This document shows, piece by piece, positions 17,921 through 27,962 of a stretch of 64,000 nt of DNA (position 1 is its first letter; every line of letters starts with the position of its first letter). Position numbers and translations under genes: made by a program. Source of the DNA: an uncultured virus (IMG/VR IMGVR_UViG_3300025121_000017). Lineage: Duplodnaviria; Heunggongvirae; Uroviricota; Caudoviricetes. The notes under the pieces are model-generated. The model saw nothing but the letters and a program-made list of their open reading frames with translations. It did no database searches and was not told where the DNA came from. The stretch lies in IMG/VR virus record IMGVR_UViG_3300025121_000017; one strand, given 5' to 3'.

Positions 17921-20788
17921 GTGTCCGACGAAAAGCAGAAGTTTGTTACCCTCGGAGAGGGTGAGGACCGCCACGTCGTGCCGGTCGGGCCGGACGGTAA
18001 ACTACGCGGCGATCCTCCGCCGCACATCGCCGCACTGATCCACGCTGGGACGAAGGACCCCGCAAAGAAAGCCGCGTGGGCTGAGAAGTTGGAAAAGCCC
18101 GCTGCGGACCACTCCGCTCACCGGGAAGCCGTACTCAAGCACCTCGAGTCTTCCAAGACTGCCACCGCACACGAGGCCGACATCGGCGGGAAGAAGGTGA
18201 AGCTCACCCCCGGCGAGATGCGCTTGACGCAGGCTGCCGGTGTGCACGCACGCCCGTGGATCGCGTCAAGCGAGTGTGTTCCGGACGTGCATGTCCGAGA
18301 GTCCTTCACGCGGGAGCAAGGCAGCCGGTCTGGGCGAGGGCGCACGAATTGGACGCTGCAAGAGCGTGCGCCGGAAGAAGCACAAAAGCCGGCCGCTGAC
18401 CCCCGCGTCACGTCCGCTGTCGAGGCAGAGTCCGGCGTGAGATTCGGGCGGCGCAACGTGGCCAGAGCAGAGGAGCAGCTCACTGCACGTAAAGCCGATG
18501 CGGATAGGCTCGCGACTGTGCTCGCCGGAGCCAAGGGCACGCACCTGGAAAGCGGGCACAAGCACCCGCACAAGATGGCGCTGGCCATGGTCGCCGCCGC
18601 TGCGAGAGAACTGGACGATGAGCGTGCCAAGCTCGAGGATACGTTGGCATCCAAGACGCGTATGCACTCGGCTATCTTTCGGGGCAAGGACCGGGGCGAA
18701 GAGATCGTCCGGCAGGCTCGGGAGATTAAGGACCCGGCGGAACGGGAGAAATTCTTGAGGGACGCGAGGGAGAGGAGCGGCAGCTCTGGCGTGGAGGAAG
18801 CGGTGGATGCGGAGCTTGCGCAGAGCGGCACGGCTATGCCAGCCCCAAGCGCATTCTCCTCCGCCGGTATCAAAGACCTCCAGGAGCTGTCCGAGACCAT
18901 CCAGGCCCGCGGCAAGCGGCACGGCCCCTCTACAGCTCGAGACGTAGCAGAATCCAACACGGACGCCGTCGATGACGCCCTCGCCGACATCCACAAAGAC
19001 GCACGCCGTCAGGGCGTTGACCCGCACGCCTTTACCGCGCATCACCTGGGCGAACACGGCCCCGTGCTGGCGAAACACTACCCGGATAAGTTCCCAGGGA
19101 TCGCACCTGCCAGCGACTCGGCCCCGGCGGCAAAGCCTCCCGCCCCGGTGGACCACAAGGTCTCGAGCATGGACGCCTCGAAGCTTGCCGAGCACCATGC
19201 CGCGCTGCTCGAGGAACAGCGCAAGCTGACACAACGAGAGCGCCTCGGAACCGCAAAGGCGAGCGACCGCGACAGACAAGCTCAGCTGGTCCACGAGATA
19301 GCAGACGCTGGAGGCGAAAAACACCGACGGGCGAAAGAAGCTGTGCAGACCGCGGAACGGGCTGCGCACGCCAAGGATGCGCAAGAAAAGCAGCGGTGGG
19401 GCTCCCTGTCCGAGGCGGAGCGCCAGGCCATTGTGAGCGCTGGCGGGACACGGTCTGACTGGAGAACGCGTGAGCAGCGCCGCCACGATGATAACGCGTC
19501 CTACCTCTCAAAAGAGCTGGAACGCCAGCAGGCCAGGATGGATCGGACGAAGGATCCGGAGAGTCGAGCGGAGTACGCGCCAGGGCTGGAGCAGGCGAGA
19601 CAGGATGCGCAGAGTCACTTGAGCAAGCCGCGTCCGGAGGCGCCGGCTGAGATTCATGCGGCGCAACAGCGGCACCCGGGGAGTGTGCCGGACCACGAGG
19701 CGGCGCTGCGCGCGATTCGGGAGAAGCATGGGCTGGGGAGTGCGCCGGACGACTGGCACACGTTCGCGGCGAAGCACCCCGACGTCGCTGGTCAAATCTC
19801 CGACGTGCTCCAGGGACATCCTCAACGCAAGGTGCAGATGAGCCTTATGGCCCGCGCCCACCAAAAGCACGGGGAGGAGCAGAAAGAGTGGGACAAGCTG
19901 GTCACTCGGACGCCTTTCGAACATAAAACGTTCCGAGCGCCTACCACAACGAAGTCCGCCGTTGATCTCCACGGTGCCGCATACGGAGGCCTCGTCGCGC
20001 ATAAAGACGACGCGGGCGACTGGGCCGTGTCGCATCTGGGATCGGGGTTGCGGCTCAATCAAGCGCCGCTCGAGTCGGAGCAGACAGCGAAGCGTGGATT
20101 ACTCGCGGCGCACGGGTTGGCTGCGCGCGACGCGCAATCGTCGGTGGACTGGACAAAGGCGAACGTCACTAAAGAGCCTGGGTTCAAGCGCGTGGCGCAG
20201 GACATTGAGGCGTCGGTGCACGCGCCGAGTGACTGGGCGCACTATGCGGCGAATGAGGGGCTGCACTGGGGGAATCGAGGGGGCGCTGCCGACGTGCTTA
20301 AGCGTGGGCAGGACGCCGCACCTGCCGCACCTGCCGCACCTAGTCCGGCAGAAGCCTATCACGCAGCCGACGAGGCGTGGTACAAGGCCAACGCCCGCCA
20401 TCGGAAGCGCTTTCAGCTTGACGACCGGTCCCATAACACGCTCGCAGGAACGCATGGGCATAAAGAGTCGGAGGCGAAGGTACACGCGTTAGCGCAACAC
20501 GCAGAGGCCCTGCGGGAGAAGGCCGGTATCCCGAGCCCCTACTACGCCAATACTGCGCATCGTGCGACGGCTGAGCTGGCCCCACGCGTAGAGCGCAAGC
20601 TGGACGAGAAAGCGAGAGACGCCCGGAAGCACGCAGAGACACTCGCGAAGATGATCAAAGAATATGGCGCGGGAAATTCTGGCGGAAAGGCTGCCCACGA
20701 GATTGAGTCAGACTTTGGCGTGAGCGCCAGGCTTAGGACGAAGTTCCCGGACCTGTTCGCCGCGGAACCGCACTCTAGCTCCCAATAA
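17921..20788 (+). CDS. Large modular protein, paralogous at the N-terminus to 43340-45163
   Basis: 955 aa; AGGAGG RBS; N-terminus DEKQKFVTLGEGEDRHVVPVGPDGKL.. shared with the 43340 protein. Confidence 0.75.
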   Translation: MSDEKQKFVTLGEGEDRHVVPVGPDGKLRGDPPPHIAALIHAGTKDPAKKAAWAEKLEKPAADHSAHREAVLKHLESSKTATAHEADIGGKKVKLTPGEMRLTQAAGVHARPWIASSECVPDVHVRESFTREQGSRSGRGRTNWTLQERAPEEAQKPAADPRVTSAVEAESGVRFGRRNVARAEEQLTARKADADRLATVLAGAKGTHLESGHKHPHKMALAMVAAAARELDDERAKLEDTLASKTRMHSAIFRGKDRGEEIVRQAREIKDPAEREKFLRDARERSGSSGVEEAVDAELAQSGTAMPAPSAFSSAGIKDLQELSETIQARGKRHGPSTARDVAESNTDAVDDALADIHKDARRQGVDPHAFTAHHLGEHGPVLAKHYPDKFPGIAPASDSAPAAKPPAPVDHKVSSMDASKLAEHHAALLEEQRKLTQRERLGTAKASDRDRQAQLVHEIADAGGEKHRRAKEAVQTAERAAHAKDAQEKQRWGSLSEAERQAIVSAGGTRSDWRTREQRRHDDNASYLSKELERQQARMDRTKDPESRAEYAPGLEQARQDAQSHLSKPRPEAPAEIHAAQQRHPGSVPDHEAALRAIREKHGLGSAPDDWHTFAAKHPDVAGQISDVLQGHPQRKVQMSLMARAHQKHGEEQKEWDKLVTRTPFEHKTFRAPTTTKSAVDLHGAAYGGLVAHKDDAGDWAVSHLGSGLRLNQAPLESEQTAKRGLLAAHGLAARDAQSSVDWTKANVTKEPGFKRVAQDIEASVHAPSDWAHYAANEGLHWGNRGGAADVLKRGQDAAPAAPAAPSPAEAYHAADEAWYKANARHRKRFQLDDRSHNTLAGTHGHKESEAKVHALAQHAEALREKAGIPSPYYANTAHRATAELAPRVERKLDEKARDARKHAETLAKMIKEYGAGNSGGKAAHEIESDFGVSARLRTKFPDLFAAEPHSSSQ

Positions 20789-22056
20789 TATACACATTTG
20801 TCCGCAAACACTGGTATAATGCATACATCCCAATCGTCCGAGGTATCCCCCAGCATGCATCGCGCCCACAAAATCCGCCTCAACCCGGCCCCCGATCAGG
20901 AGGTCTACTTCCGCAAGGCCTGCGGCACGGCTCGTTTCGCCTTCAACTGGGGGCGTGCCAGGTGGGAGGAAGCGTACAAGGCTGGGAATAAGCCATCCGC
21001 TCTCGGACTGAAGAAAGCGTTCAACGCCTTCAAAAAGGATCTCCCCTGGATCTATGAAGTGACTAAATGCGCAGCAGAGGGAGCATTCACTGACCTGGGC
21101 AGTGCTTTCTCCAACTTCTTCCGGGAAGCCAACTCCGGCAAAGTCGGCTATCCTAAGTTCAAGTCAAAGCACAAAAGTAAACCCGCATTCTATCTCTCGA
21201 ACGATGCTTTCTCTGTTAACGCACACACCCTCCGCATCCCCAAGCTCGGCCCGGTCAACATGACCGAATCGCTCCGCTTTACAGGCAAGATCCTGTCCGG
21301 ACGGATTAGCTTTAAGGCTGGCTACTGGTGGATATCGATCCAGGTTGAGTTACCTGATCCCGTCCCCGTTCCCAGCACAGGGCCAGCCATCGGCATCGAT
21401 CTTGGCCTGAAAGAACTGGCGGTCTGCTCGGACGGAAGACGTTTCCCGAATCCGAGGCACCTTCAGGCTGGTCTGAGGAAATTACGATCTCTGTCCCGTT
21501 CTCTGAGTAGGAAGGTCAAAGGCAGCGCAAACTGGCTGAAAGCCAAGGCTAAGCTCGCGCGTGTCCATTATCGGATCGCCTGCAAGCGATCCGATGCGAT
21601 CCATAAGATGACGACGGAGCTTGCACGTACGGCAAGCCTGATCGGTCTGGAAGATCTCAATGTTCGCGGCATGCTCCAGCACAGGAAACTGGCCCGATCC
21701 ATCTCGGATGCAGTCTGGGGAGAGGCCAAACGTCAGCTCGGCTATAAAGCTCCCGATCGGATCGTGGAGATCGACCGCTGGTTTCCCTCGAGCAGACTGT
21801 GTAGGTTCTGCGGGACGATCAACGATCAGCTTACGCTGGCGGATCGGACATGGACTTGTGTCTGCGGAGTGAAACACGATCGTGATTGGAACGCCTCGAT
21901 CAACATCAGGGATGAAGCGATCCGAATTTTGAGTCAAGTCCCGGTGATGGCTATGTCGGGACTTTAATGCGCCTGTGGAGGGATCAGTGCTCGAGGCTGC
22001 CCCGATGAAGCAGGAATTGAAGCATACTTACTTTTTGAGTATGTAGAGAGTAGCAG
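20779..22056 (+). mobile_element. TnpB-only IS607-type cassette, copy 2
   Basis: No tnpA; extended -10 TGGTATAAT (20812-20820); right end GAGAGTAGCAG; left junction inferred after CTAG (20775-20778). Confidence 0.7.
20855..21967 (+). CDS. tnpB: RNA-guided endonuclease TnpB, copy 2
   Basis: GIDLG, LEDL, CxxC/CxC, DRDWNA intact. Confidence 0.95.
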   Translation: MHRAHKIRLNPAPDQEVYFRKACGTARFAFNWGRARWEEAYKAGNKPSALGLKKAFNAFKKDLPWIYEVTKCAAEGAFTDLGSAFSNFFREANSGKVGYPKFKSKHKSKPAFYLSNDAFSVNAHTLRIPKLGPVNMTESLRFTGKILSGRISFKAGYWWISIQVELPDPVPVPSTGPAIGIDLGLKELAVCSDGRRFPNPRHLQAGLRKLRSLSRSLSRKVKGSANWLKAKAKLARVHYRIACKRSDAIHKMTTELARTASLIGLEDLNVRGMLQHRKLARSISDAVWGEAKRQLGYKAPDRIVEIDRWFPSSRLCRFCGTINDQLTLADRTWTCVCGVKHDRDWNASINIRDEAIRILSQVPVMAMSGL

Positions 22057-22076
22057 ATGACGCCGGAAGAGTACGT
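21938..22076 (+). ncRNA. TnpB omegaRNA 2; scaffold ends 22056, guide ATGACGCCGGAAGAGTACGT
   Basis: Conserved scaffold; terminal hairpin CATACTTA..TGAGTATG has compensatory changes relative to copies 1 and 3. Confidence 0.75.
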
Positions 22077-22326
22077 TAGCCACAAGCGAGACGTTTCGCA
22101 GCGTGCACACGAACACCAGGTCCGCCGCGCCGAAGCCGGGGAGCTTCACGGGGGCGACTGGACGGAATACCGTCCGTACAAATCACGCGCAGACGCTCTG
22201 CGGCAAATACGCCCAGAAGCACTGGACGAAAAGGCCATCCGACGCGAGCACATGGAGCACGTTAACCGAGCTCGTGTTCAGGGGAGATCACTCCGTCCGG
22301 AGGTTGCCCAGGCATACGGGCTGTAA
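22057..22326 (+). CDS. Small protein resembling a module of the giant proteins
   Basis: MTPEEY..H..HV..A..G...PEV..Y resembles HRxxV..G..V.PDV.xDYP modules. Confidence 0.6.
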   Translation: MTPEEYVSHKRDVSQRAHEHQVRRAEAGELHGGDWTEYRPYKSRADALRQIRPEALDEKAIRREHMEHVNRARVQGRSLRPEVAQAYGL

Positions 22327-22417
22327 TTCTCACACTGCCCGCACAATTCTCTTGCCGTCACGCCCAACTACACGTTAAGCTCAGCATTAGCATTAATTTT
22401 AGCCACTAAGGAGCTGT

Positions 22418-22642
22418 GTGGTGCCGAAGAGCGTTGTGTGCAAAGCGTGTGGGTACTTCCTCCTGATCGCCCGAAAAGAGGGGGGTTACCATTTCCCGGG
22501 TACCAAACATGTGGTTTTTGGCGCGGATGGGACCATCGGGACGTTGCACAAGTGCAAGCAGGCGAAAGAGGTCCAAATTATTGCAGGCCTCTCCTGGAGC
22601 GACGGCGCCGAAAAAGTGCAGGACGCGTCACAAATACGTTGA
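22418..22642 (+). CDS. Small putative Zn-ribbon protein
   Basis: AAGGAG RBS; CKACG...HKC. Confidence 0.5.
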   Translation: MVPKSVVCKACGYFLLIARKEGGYHFPGTKHVVFGADGTIGTLHKCKQAKEVQIIAGLSWSDGAEKVQDASQIR

Positions 22643-22708
22643 CGGCAGAGGCCGTCTTGTCGTAGTGTGGTATCACACGGTTTTGAACCGATAATATAGG
22701 CCGATTCG

Positions 22709-23779
22709 ATGGCCGCGAGCACCTTCCCTAGCCGGAGGACCGTTCGCGGCCATTTGTGTTTCAGGCGTCCAGTATGGCCGATTCGATGGCCGGACACACC
22801 TTGCTTCTGCACGCGTGTGTCCGGCCATTTTTGTTTTAGGCACGAGCACGTGTGTGGATGCGCTGAGGGGACCGACGCTGAGAGCTGTGCCTGCGTAGAA
22901 GCGGAAGCGCCCGGCGGCCCCGTGCTCCTGTCTCCGCTGGAAAAAGGCGTGACGACGTTCACGCGCAGCGGGCACGGTTGGGCGACGACAGCCGGCGTGC
23001 TCCGGGACGGGAAAATCCTCCCGACGTTCGACCGTGAAGGCGAACGGATGCTCGCCGCGGAGCATAAGGGCGGAATCGACGTTTCGCAGCTGGTCCCGTT
23101 CGGTTTCCTGAACGACTCGCACCGAGCAGTGCCTGCACCTGGCGCGGGCTGCCCCGGACGGTGCACGAAAGACAAGCCGGACCCGAGCTGCGGTGTTCAC
23201 GGCGGCAAGCGCTGGTCCGTGCTAGTCGGGATCATAGACTCGATAGAGTATGTCGGGCCAGAGCACCCGCTGGCGCTGCGCGACGGGAAAGTCGGGTGGT
23301 ACGACCACTTCCACTTTTTCGACGCAGCGGATCCGGCTAGCTGGCGCAACCCGGATGGCACGCCGCGAAAGCGAATGCTCCGGGACGGCACGGTAACGGA
23401 CATCCCGGTCGAACCGACGCCAGAGGAGCTCAAGCGCGCAGACGCGCTGTGGAAGCTCGGTCTCGAGTTACAGGCCGAGGGGCGGACCATCGGGCAGTCG
23501 ATCCAGGGGCGCGAGACCGCCGTTCCCTGTGAAGGCGGCAAGTGTATCCTGCGCGCTCGAGTGTACCAGATCGCAGCGATTGAATTTCCCCACAACCCCG
23601 ACGCAACTGTCGAGGGGCTTGGGGCAGAGATGGCAAAGGGCGAGTCGGCGCACGTGGCGCGCCTCGCCAACAGACTCTTACGGGAGCCCACGATTCGGGC
23701 TCGTTTCAACGTACGGACCCCGGAGGCAGCGCTGAGAGCAGCGCGGCGACTCCTGCGAGAGGAAAGCATTCATGGCTGA
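22709..23779 (+). CDS. Putative prohead (capsid maturation) protease
   Basis: Position before scaffold and capsid; GFLNDSH, SIQG and P.NP.A motifs resemble SPO1/Twort-like proteases; ends with an EMAKG segment. Confidence 0.65.
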   Translation: MAASTFPSRRTVRGHLCFRRPVWPIRWPDTPCFCTRVSGHFCFRHEHVCGCAEGTDAESCACVEAEAPGGPVLLSPLEKGVTTFTRSGHGWATTAGVLRDGKILPTFDREGERMLAAEHKGGIDVSQLVPFGFLNDSHRAVPAPGAGCPGRCTKDKPDPSCGVHGGKRWSVLVGIIDSIEYVGPEHPLALRDGKVGWYDHFHFFDAADPASWRNPDGTPRKRMLRDGTVTDIPVEPTPEELKRADALWKLGLELQAEGRTIGQSIQGRETAVPCEGGKCILRARVYQIAAIEFPHNPDATVEGLGAEMAKGESAHVARLANRLLREPTIRARFNVRTPEAALRAARRLLREESIHG

Positions 23780-24902
23780 CGCAAACGACACGCAGACTCC
23801 GGACATCGACGGAATGGTGGATACCCTCCGCGGCTCGAGCGCCGACACTGCTGTCCTCAAATTTGCCGAAAAGCAGATGGACGAGCAGCGTTCTTGGTTC
23901 GGCCAGATCGTCGATAAGTTCATGGCAAAGGGGGACAAGCCCTCGGCTCTCCGCCCCGACCCGGACAATGACGGCGACCGCGATTATCCGCCCGGTACCA
24001 GCCTCGACACGGACGGCGACAGCATGCCGCAGCGCGGCGCGGGCCACCTCATGAAGGGCATGATGTGCAAGGGCGAGGAGTGCGGGTTTAAGACCCCCAT
24101 GCACAAAGGCCACCCTCACTTCGGCGCGAGACGCGCTCCGGCAGAGGAGGTTTGCAAGGGTATGCACTGCCCGCGTTGCGGACAGAAGACCGTCGCGCCG
24201 ATCATGCTGAAGGGCGAGGAGGAGATGGATGCTCCCGACGACGCCGACATGGGCAAGGGCCTCCAGCACGCTGACATCGACCACGCCGTGCAGACTGTGC
24301 GGCGCGGAGCCGACGCTGCGATGCATGCCTCTGAGGCCATCCCCGGAATCGCGGACGCCATCCTGGACATGCAGGACATGATCAAGGGCCTGGTGGAGCA
24401 GATTGAGACGCTGAGCACCACGCCCCTCGAAGAGCGCCTGAACGCCATCGAAGCGAATATGGACAAAGGCCTTGAGTTCCAGGCTGCGACGCTGGACCAG
24501 TTCGAGGCGTATGCGCTCGTCCAGGATGGGCTTAAGGGTGCCTTCGACGAGCAGAGCGAGATGCTTAAGGGGCTCGAAATGCACGTCGGCGAGACAGCCG
24601 AGCTGATCAAGGGCATCGAGCCCAGAACGCCGCGGGGTGCGGGGCCGGCTGACCGATCTTCGTTCGACCGGGCCGCGCAGAACATCCGGGCAGGCTTACC
24701 GAAGCCGGGAGCGGCTGCAACCGACGCCGAGATGAATAAGGGGGCTGAGGGCGGCGAGAATAGTCTGAGCCGCGCGGAGCTCGACCGAGGCGTCGCCTTG
24801 AAACTTATCTCGGCAGCCGACGTGCGGGGGTATGAGCTGGGGCTTGATCTTCCCAACGGGTTCGGGCGGGACGTAACGCTGTTCCGCCGCAAGATCGCGT
24901 GA
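23772..24902 (+). CDS. Capsid scaffolding-like protein
   Basis: Acidic coiled coil between protease and capsid, with ~13 xxKG motifs. Confidence 0.65.
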   Translation: MADANDTQTPDIDGMVDTLRGSSADTAVLKFAEKQMDEQRSWFGQIVDKFMAKGDKPSALRPDPDNDGDRDYPPGTSLDTDGDSMPQRGAGHLMKGMMCKGEECGFKTPMHKGHPHFGARRAPAEEVCKGMHCPRCGQKTVAPIMLKGEEEMDAPDDADMGKGLQHADIDHAVQTVRRGADAAMHASEAIPGIADAILDMQDMIKGLVEQIETLSTTPLEERLNAIEANMDKGLEFQAATLDQFEAYALVQDGLKGAFDEQSEMLKGLEMHVGETAELIKGIEPRTPRGAGPADRSSFDRAAQNIRAGLPKPGAAATDAEMNKGAEGGENSLSRAELDRGVALKLISAADVRGYELGLDLPNGFGRDVTLFRRKIA

Positions 24903-24972
24903 TTCAAAGGCGCCTCGCCTCAAGGGCAGGCATTGAGAAAGTTCAGTCCACAACAGAGGTGAGGCAGCGCGC

Positions 24973-26682
24973 ATGAGTATTCCATACGCAGAGCAGGTGG
25001 TTCGTAACATCGCCGCGACCGGCGATTATTTCACCAATCAAGCCGCGGCGCGACGACGCTACAACGAACTGGCGGACCGCTACAAGGATCGTCCGGCAGT
25101 CCTGGACGAGCTCAGCCGCGAGCTCGAGACCGAGATGGCGAAGGGCGTCGCGGCCATCGGCCTCGGCGACATCGGCTCTTCGATCCCCCAGGACCTGGAC
25201 CCGGTCTACCGGTCCCTCGACGCGAAAAACGAGGGGTACGGGCGCAACATGATCCTGCGTGCCATCCCGAAGATCCAGGGGCACGCCCGCAGCCACGAGT
25301 ATGTGCTGCAGACCTCGACCGGACTCGGACGCACCAGCGGCTATGCGAGTGAGTACGGGGTCGGAAACTTCCTGCGTCCGTCGCAGGTCAAGCTGACTTC
25401 GGCCCCGAAGTGGCTGAAGCTCATGTACATGCGGAGCCGCAGCGCCGATGACGTTCGGTCGATCGGCGACTTCTCGGAGCCGCAGACTCGCCTCAACCTG
25501 CGACGCCTGATGAGCGGCGCGCTCATCTGGGGCGACACCCGGACGCAGCTCAACGGCGCGGACGGCCTGGGTCCGAAGGGGATCCTTCAACTCATCGAAG
25601 ACGGTACCAACGGGACTGACCTCACTCGCACCGACGCCTACAACCCCAACGGGCGCGGGCACGTGTGGGACTGGAAGGGACAGGGACCCTCGCTCGAGTT
25701 GGTCCGGCAGGGACCCCGCGAGCTCTTCAGCATGTGGGGCTCGGCGAGCAACCTGGCCATGTTCATGCCGAACAGGGCAATCTCCGGGATTGAGGCGTTG
25801 AACGACGCCAATCGGCGCGGTATGTCCGCGTTCGACTTCATGATCCAGGGCCAGTCTGTGACGGCGGTGACCGTCAACGGGAACGCAATCCCCTACATCC
25901 CCGAAGAGGACCTGAGTCCGTTCGGGCAGAATGCGCCGCGCGGGTTTTACCAGACCGCCAACGCTCCCGAGGGCGCTCCGACGGGCGCGCCGACGTGCAC
26001 ACCGACCCTGCAGAACGAGGGGACGACCGACAGCCTCACCTACGGGTTGTGGGATTCCAACCCGTACGGCGGCAACAGCGCCAACAGCGTGCGCTACGTC
26101 GTGACCTACTTCGACGAGAACGACGCGGAGTCGCAGGGCACGCTGACCGGCGCAACCTCGGTGACCGGTAACGGCACCAAGGAAATGAAACTCGTCATCA
26201 CCGGTGTTCCGGCCAACGCGACCCGCATCCGTATCTACCGGTACGACAGCCAGTTCGGCACGCTCCAGGGCATCTCGAGCCCCGCCGCGACCAACGCGTG
26301 CTGGGTGATGGACGCGGCGCCTCCGGGAGACGGGTCGTCCGTGACGGTGATCGATCACAACCTGCAGAGGCCCTATTGTGGTACGGGCATCATCATGGGT
26401 ATCCAGTCGGAAGTGCTGCCGTACCTCACCGGACGGCAGGTGTTCGACCAGGCGGTCCGCGAGAACCAGTTCGAGGGGGTCATGCCCTTCGTGAGCGAGG
26501 ACCAGCTCAGCCAGTGGACGGAGAACACCATCCGTGAGGTGTACGTCGGACCGACCATGTTCACCAACTTGTTGGCGAACACGATGGACACCCGACTGCA
26601 CTACATGATCGGGTGCTGGCGGAGTGTGGAGATCACGAACCCATTCCTCTGCGGGATTCTGAAGAATATCCCGCTGACCTGA
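24973..26682 (+). CDS. Major capsid protein, with propeptide and an inserted beta-rich domain
   Basis: Gene order; N-terminal EMAKG then PQDLD; xWGD...DG motif; followed by a strong hairpin. Confidence 0.75.
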   Translation: MSIPYAEQVVRNIAATGDYFTNQAAARRRYNELADRYKDRPAVLDELSRELETEMAKGVAAIGLGDIGSSIPQDLDPVYRSLDAKNEGYGRNMILRAIPKIQGHARSHEYVLQTSTGLGRTSGYASEYGVGNFLRPSQVKLTSAPKWLKLMYMRSRSADDVRSIGDFSEPQTRLNLRRLMSGALIWGDTRTQLNGADGLGPKGILQLIEDGTNGTDLTRTDAYNPNGRGHVWDWKGQGPSLELVRQGPRELFSMWGSASNLAMFMPNRAISGIEALNDANRRGMSAFDFMIQGQSVTAVTVNGNAIPYIPEEDLSPFGQNAPRGFYQTANAPEGAPTGAPTCTPTLQNEGTTDSLTYGLWDSNPYGGNSANSVRYVVTYFDENDAESQGTLTGATSVTGNGTKEMKLVITGVPANATRIRIYRYDSQFGTLQGISSPAATNACWVMDAAPPGDGSSVTVIDHNLQRPYCGTGIIMGIQSEVLPYLTGRQVFDQAVRENQFEGVMPFVSEDQLSQWTENTIREVYVGPTMFTNLLANTMDTRLHYMIGCWRSVEITNPFLCGILKNIPLT

Positions 26683-26699
26683 TCCAGGCGGTAACACAG

Positions 26700-26731
26700 T
26701 GACGCCGCTCCCCGGGAGAGGAGCGGCGTCA
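26700..26731 (+). terminator. Stem-loop after the capsid gene
   Basis: TGACGCCGCTCC-N8-GGAGCGGCGTCA, 12-bp stem, no poly-U. Confidence 0.55.
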
Positions 26732-26760
26732 TACGCTCAATGTAAATCGGGAGAAGCTAC

Positions 26761-27354
26761 ATGCGAGTTCGTAACATAGCCGTGCCGGCCAATGCCAAAG
26801 AAGACACCCTGAGTCTTGATAATCTTGTCCTGACATTCACCGTGATCGACAAGATCGGATATTCCCAGGTCATCCCGCCGGAGTACGAGGCCGACGTTCG
26901 CGAGTGGATTGCCAACATCGAGGCGCATACGCATGCGTCCGTGGGCGGTGCCGTGCGTCCCTATGCCGCGATTGTCGGTGACGACGACGTCCCGCAGCCT
27001 GCACGGCCCATGCGTCCGCTGGAGCTTGCGATCAAGGCCTACGCGGAACTGGATAAGCAGGACCGTGTGCGGTTCGGGGCACATTACCGAATCGGGGATG
27101 TCAGCCAGGCGGAAGACGCGCTCGCGGCGGTGGAGCAGGAGCTCGCGCAGGTGCTGGCGAAGGTTGGCAAGGACTCGCTGGAGGAGCCTGTGCGCGCCGT
27201 CACCCCCGACTATGCACAGAGCGGTGCAGCCATCGCCCTTCTGCGCGAGAAGAAGGCGACCAAGCCGGACGCAGTGGCCAAGCACCTGAAGGCTGCGGGC
27301 CTCCCGGAGGCCACGCCCGAGCAGATCGGGCAACTTTTGAAGCTGGTCGCGTAA
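26761..27354 (+). CDS. Hypothetical protein (head module)
   Basis: GGAG RBS, 197 aa. Confidence 0.7.
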   Translation: MRVRNIAVPANAKEDTLSLDNLVLTFTVIDKIGYSQVIPPEYEADVREWIANIEAHTHASVGGAVRPYAAIVGDDDVPQPARPMRPLELAIKAYAELDKQDRVRFGAHYRIGDVSQAEDALAAVEQELAQVLAKVGKDSLEEPVRAVTPDYAQSGAAIALLREKKATKPDAVAKHLKAAGLPEATPEQIGQLLKLVA

Positions 27355-27419
27355 GCACACTGCGCCCGGCGTGACGTTTCTATCAATCGACCGGCACGCC
27401 CGGTCTGGAGGTTTTCATC

Positions 27420-27956
27420 ATGTCAGTGGCAGCGCGAGATACTTCTTCGTTTTTCCCGGCCGGCGAGTCCAGAGAGCACAGCTCGTCCTTCGGGGCGGAC
27501 ATCGGCTTTCTGTGCGCGTCACTGCCGGACCTCCGGACCTGGCTGGCCGCCGAGCGTGATCAGGACGTGATGCTGATGGCGCAGGCGGACCTCGCCTACA
27601 ACGACGCATCCGTCCACACCGCCTACTTTGAGGCGCGGCGCCCGATGGAGATCGGCGCCGTAATCTTCCCGGGCGGTACGGTGCCGGGAGGCTTCTCCGC
27701 CCTCACCGCCGAGATTCGAGTGACTCGAGGGGACGCCTCCGAAGCCTCCGGAATGAACGGAGACACTCCGGTCAGCATCTACGCCGGGACCCGCGTCGTC
27801 ATGTCGGTCGAGAGCGACACGAGCCTGGCGGATTCGGCCCAGCTCTGGTACCTCGACACGGGCGACAAGGTGCGGATCAAGGTCGTACCGACCGGCACGT
27901 CCGCGACCATGGCCGCGACTCAGCTTCAGTTCCAACTGATCGTCCGGGAACGGTAA
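27420..27956 (+). CDS. Putative virion structural protein
   Basis: GGAGG RBS; beta-rich C-terminus (LDTGDKVRIKV). Confidence 0.65.
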   Translation: MSVAARDTSSFFPAGESREHSSSFGADIGFLCASLPDLRTWLAAERDQDVMLMAQADLAYNDASVHTAYFEARRPMEIGAVIFPGGTVPGGFSALTAEIRVTRGDASEASGMNGDTPVSIYAGTRVVMSVESDTSLADSAQLWYLDTGDKVRIKVVPTGTSATMAATQLQFQLIVRER

Positions 27957-27962
27957 GCATCA

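Noticed and set aside
20314..20341. Tandem repeat GCCGCACCT x3
   Set aside because: Simply encodes an AAP linker
20777..22056. IStron (group I intron + TnpB) reading, since the flank ends in U and the element ends in G
   Set aside because: Only about 80 nt lie between the junction and tnpB, too little for a group I ribozyme core; the same applies to copies 1 and 3
24943..26697. 584-aa minus-strand ORF
   Set aside because: Antisense shadow of the capsid gene caused by high-GC codon bias; no RBS or motifs
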